Source: Nemertoderma westbladi (taxonomy: Eukaryota > Animalia > Xenacoelomorpha). Taken from it: 53,655 nt of DNA. The notes beneath the pieces were generated by a model, which was given only the letters and a program-made list of their open reading frames with translations, had not been told where the DNA came from and made no database searches. How positions within the stretch are numbered: the first letter of the stretch is position 1; every line of letters starts with the position of its first letter. The stretch is from positions 1 through 53,655 of the forward strand of contig JAUCBJ010008297.1 in the NCBI GenBank assembly GCA_032718475.1. The letters are read 5' to 3'. Positions 49,474 to 53,655 of this stretch are shown piece after piece. Made by a program: the position numbers and the translations under genes.

Positions 49474-49850
49474 TTAGGAAATTACCACGGAGCACTTGTG
49501 TGCAGCAACCGAAAGTTGCCAGTCTGCCGCCCAGTTACCAAGCCGTATTAGAGCACCCTGTAGTAGACTATTGTCGTTCTCAGGCGCATACAACTTGACG
49601 TCATCAGCAAAAAGTTTACACGAGATTGGATTGACTATTTCCGGAAGGTCATTTATAAATATTAAGAACAATACTGGTCCCAGCACACTTCCTTGCGGTG
49701 TGCCGGAAGTGACGTCACAAACATTCGATAAACTGCTACCGACTAAAACTCTCTGTGTTCGCCCTGACAGGAAAGCTCTTATCCAATCCAACAGGTTGCC
49801 GCCAATTCCATAACTTGTTAGTTTAGAAATCAGTTTTGAGTGTACTACAG
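49474..49850 (-). mobile_element. CR1-type LINE RT fragment
   Basis: WIRAFLSGRTQRV, SGTPQGSVLGPVLF, LFADDVKLY. Confidence 0.85.
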
Positions 49851-50414
49851 TCCGCCCATGTGAAGAATATTTAAACCTTTCTACTGTATAACCTCGGTGA
49901 TCAAGTTTCCGATAACATCAAGGTATTTTTTCCGAACTTTGTTATCCCGATTGATGCAAGTATAAATGTAGGATAAATTGTTGTAGATTTGCTACCAAAC
50001 ATTTCATATTATTATAACTTTTGTTGGGCACAGCTGGTGACCTCCAGGTTCTGAGGTTGGAAGTCTGACGACACTCAAACAATTCCGCTAGCGGCTCAGG
50101 TAAAAGTTAGACCTGGAAATACTACCAGATAGCTTGTATATCTGCAATTAACCATCTACTGCCAATGTGCTCAATCATACTGCTGTACTGTACTGTATTT
50201 GTTGACTTTAACCACTCGCTACAATGAAAGGGTAGAATCATGGTAGTATTAACCATGAACCAACTCCGCTACTATCAGACTTTATGATTAATTATGGGCA
50301 GTGCTAAAATGCACAAAGACTCACACGGACCCAAAATATGACCATTACACTAAGCAATGAGGCACCAACCCACTCCGACACAGCAGATGTTGCGCAGTGT
50401 TAAATTAATACAGG

Positions 50415-52140
50415 TTGACAGACATTTTGAACACGGACCCAAACGAAAGTAGATACATTGAGCACGGACCCAAAGGTTGGCAGACATATTGAACACGGAC
50501 CCAAATCTTGGTAGATACTTGGAACACGGACCCAAAGGATGCCAGATACTTTGCACACGGATCCAAATGTTTACAGATACTTTGAACACGGACTCAAATA
50601 ATGTCATATACTTTGCACATGGACCCATTGTTGGCAGATACTTTGAACACGGACCCAAAAGATGTCAGATACTTTGCACACGGATCCAAAGGATGCCAGA
50701 TACCTTGAACACGGACCCAAAAGATCTCAGATACTTTGCACACGGACCCAAAGGATCTCAGATACTTTGCACACGGACCCAAAGGATGTCAGATACTTTG
50801 CACACGGACCCAAAATATGTCAGATACCTTGAACACGGACCCAAAGGATGTCAGATACTTTGCACACGGACCCAAATGTTTACAGATACTTTGAACACGG
50901 ACTCAAATAATGTCATATACTTTGCACATGGACCCATTGTTGGCAGATACTTTGAACACGGACCCAAAAGATGTCAGATACTTTGCACACGGATCCAAAG
51001 GATGCCAGATACCTTGAACACGGACCCAAAAGATCTCAGATACTTTGCACACGGACCCAAAGGATCTCAGATACTTTGCACACGGACCCAAAGGATGTCA
51101 GATACTTTGCACACGGACCCAAAATATGTCAGATACCTTGAACACGGACCCAAAGGATGTCAGATACTTTGCATACGGACCCAAATGTTGGCAGTTACTT
51201 TGCACACGGAACCAAAGGATCTCAGATACTTTGCACACGGGCCCAAAGGATGTCAGATACTTTGCACACGGACCCAAAGGATGTCAGATACTTTGCACAT
51301 GGACCCAAAATATGTCAGATACCTTGAACACGGATCCAAAGGATGTCAGATACTTTGCACACGGACCCAAAGGATGCCAGATACTTTGCACACGGACCCA
51401 AAGGATGCCAGATACTTGCACAAGGACCCAAACGATGTCAGATACTTTGAACACGGACCCAAAGGATGTCATATACTTGGCACACGGACCCAAATGTTGG
51501 CAGATACTTTGCACACGGACCCAATAGATGTCAGATACCTTGAACACGGACCCAAAGGATGTCAGATACTTTGCACACGGACCCAAAGAATGCCAGATAC
51601 GTTGCACACGGACCCAAAAGATCTCAGATACTTTGCACACGGACCCAAAGGATCTCAGATACTTTGCACACGGACCCAAAGGATGTCAGATACTTTGCAC
51701 ATGGACCCAAAATATGTCAGATACCTTGAACACGGACCCAAAGGATGTCAGATACTTTGCACACGGATCCAAAGGATGCCAGATACTTTGCACACGGACC
51801 CAAAGGATGCCAGATACTTTGCACACGGACCCAAAGGATGCCAGATACTTGCACAAGGACCCAAACGATGTCAGATACTTTGAACGCGGACCCAAAGGAT
51901 GTCATATACTTGGCACACGGACCCAAATGTTGGCAGATACTTTGCACACGGACCCAAAAGATGTCAGATACCTTGAACACGGACCCAAAGGATGTCAGAT
52001 ACTTTGCACACGGACCCAAAGAATGCCAGATACTTTGCATACGGACCCAAATGATGCCAGATACTTTGCACAAGGACCCAAACGATGTCAGATACTTTGA
52101 ACACGGACCCAAAGGATGTCATATACTTTGTACACGGAAC
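50415..52140 (+). repeat. 31-bp satellite (CAGATACTTTGCACACGGACCCAAAGGATGT), about 55 copies, with higher-order repeats
   Basis: Tandem array; a 309-bp period is visible (identical ORFs at 50594 and 50903). Confidence 0.95.
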
Positions 52141-53655
52141 AACTATGGACAAATAGAACATCCGTTCATGCAAATCAAAACCCCTACAAAAAGTCAAGCA
52201 AGTAATGACAGTTTCATCCTACCACATTCATTCCTACTACAAATTTACAATTTCCAGTCTAACTTTTTGTTTTTCCTTCAAGGGAAGAAAGAGCATTACA
52301 AAAATACACATAGGGCACATATTTGCGATAATAGAAATGTTGAAGCAAGTATGAACTTGGCCATTTTAGATTCCTTATTTTACTAATTTTAAGCTCAAAA
52401 CACCATTTTTATTGATAAAGTTGGTTGCGGTACAATATCGACTATTTTCAGTTAAATAATGCTTTACTAAAGGTTTGACGCCATCTAGTGCCATTATCTG
52501 CATATCCAACTTGTATTATTGCCTTATTGGCTATGCTCCTTGCTCTCGATAAGCTGTATATAAATACGATTAGTTCTGTGGTTTATTCACTTTTCTTGTT
52601 ATTGTTGTACAGAAGAAGTCACATTGCCCTTGCAGAGGCATTGATCTCAGGTCAGGTTTAAATGACTGGTGATCACTACAGGCCTAAGGTCTAAAGTCAA
52701 AGTGTTAATAATTTAATTATAATTATTTATCTTTATATTTGATATTCTACTGGTAAATTCAATTTGTTACTATTATTTGTTTAATATATCGCCGGTATTA
52801 CAGAATCAAGGAAGTTTTACACACACCACAACCAGGTAGGTCACTATAACCAAACGTTAGTTATATTCTGGACAATTCCATCAAATACATGTGTGCCGTC
52901 GTACCTCTAACTCATAAATAATTAATATATGGCGATATTTCAGATCATTATTGTAAGCAAAGCTCTTATTATTAATAACATCACGATTAAGAGTTGTCAC
53001 AAATTGAATACTGTATAGTGATATCAATATAATTAGACCAAAGACTTGTCACTATACGTTTCCTCTAAAGGGAAACACAGTCACTAGACTTGAGTCCTTA
53101 CATAATTAATTAGTCAGACATTTGCTTGTTATACTGTGTTGCCACACCCTCCTGGTACTGTATACTAGTTAAATATAATAGATGATCAAATGCCGTATTA
53201 GACTAAGCGAAATATAGAGCAAATCAATACATCGAAGGGAGAAAGGGGAAATAAACAGATATACTAGAGTGGCCTTCGTTGAAGGTACACTAGCGCCATT
53301 CCCGCTCGGTGTATCAGACCGGACATTTTGCTTCATTATTGCATGGTTTATTAAGTAACAGGAATAAGTCACAATATATGAAAATTGAGATTGAAAGAAC
53401 GTCTTTTTTATCAAATGCACTAACAAGAAATGGTAATTGTATCATAAGCCGAAGGTGCCCCATTGGTGTAAATAATTTGTCTCATGTTTGTTTTTAAATA
53501 TCTCAGGTCTTAATGGTTTTTTGGAGCTCCTTTATTAACTTGGTTTAACTTATAATTTTAGAAAGCTATTGTTCTAAATGTAAAATCTTGTGGGACTGAA
53601 TGGATATATTTGAAAATTTAAATAGGCTGCAACTATGTAGGTAGAACTGGATCTG

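Noticed and set aside
52600-53655. Possible micro-exons (for example AG|52804-52835|GT)
   Set aside because: Splice-like dinucleotides only; no product can be supported.

Overview
AT-rich eukaryotic (probably invertebrate) genomic DNA. Bases 1-33745 are a nest of one Bel/Pao LTR-retrotransposon family. A decayed, formerly autonomous element B (minus strand, 5' LTR 32547-33745, gag-PR-RT-RNaseH-IN running down to 7699) carries three plus-strand insertions: a young 12.6-kb Gag-protease-only element C (13559-26172, near-identical 1181-bp LTRs, ATTTC TSD), a related Gag-protease-only element A (<1-7698) and a 5'-truncated L2/CR1-group LINE. The main observation is that these elements have no TGG-type tRNA primer-binding site. 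The 12 nt directly after the 5' LTR are perfectly complementary to a 12-mer about 440 nt inside the same LTR, and the pairing covaries between B and C (two compensatory changes). This is the geometry of Tf1-type self-primed reverse transcription, which I know only from the Tf1/sushi group of Ty3/Gypsy elements. A and C share in-frame pol deletions, a structured 3-kb 3' region and a decayed extra ORF in the env position, which in A holds three CCHC-type zinc knuckles. Bases 33746-53655 contain a KDZ/HMGXB3-like transposase remnant, RTE and CR1 LINE fragments, a tRNA-derived SINE, Kolobok-like and Tc1/mariner-like non-autonomous elements, a 31-bp satellite and one probable host gene, an intronless four-EF-hand calbindin-like protein. 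All family assignments are from motif recognition, not database searches.
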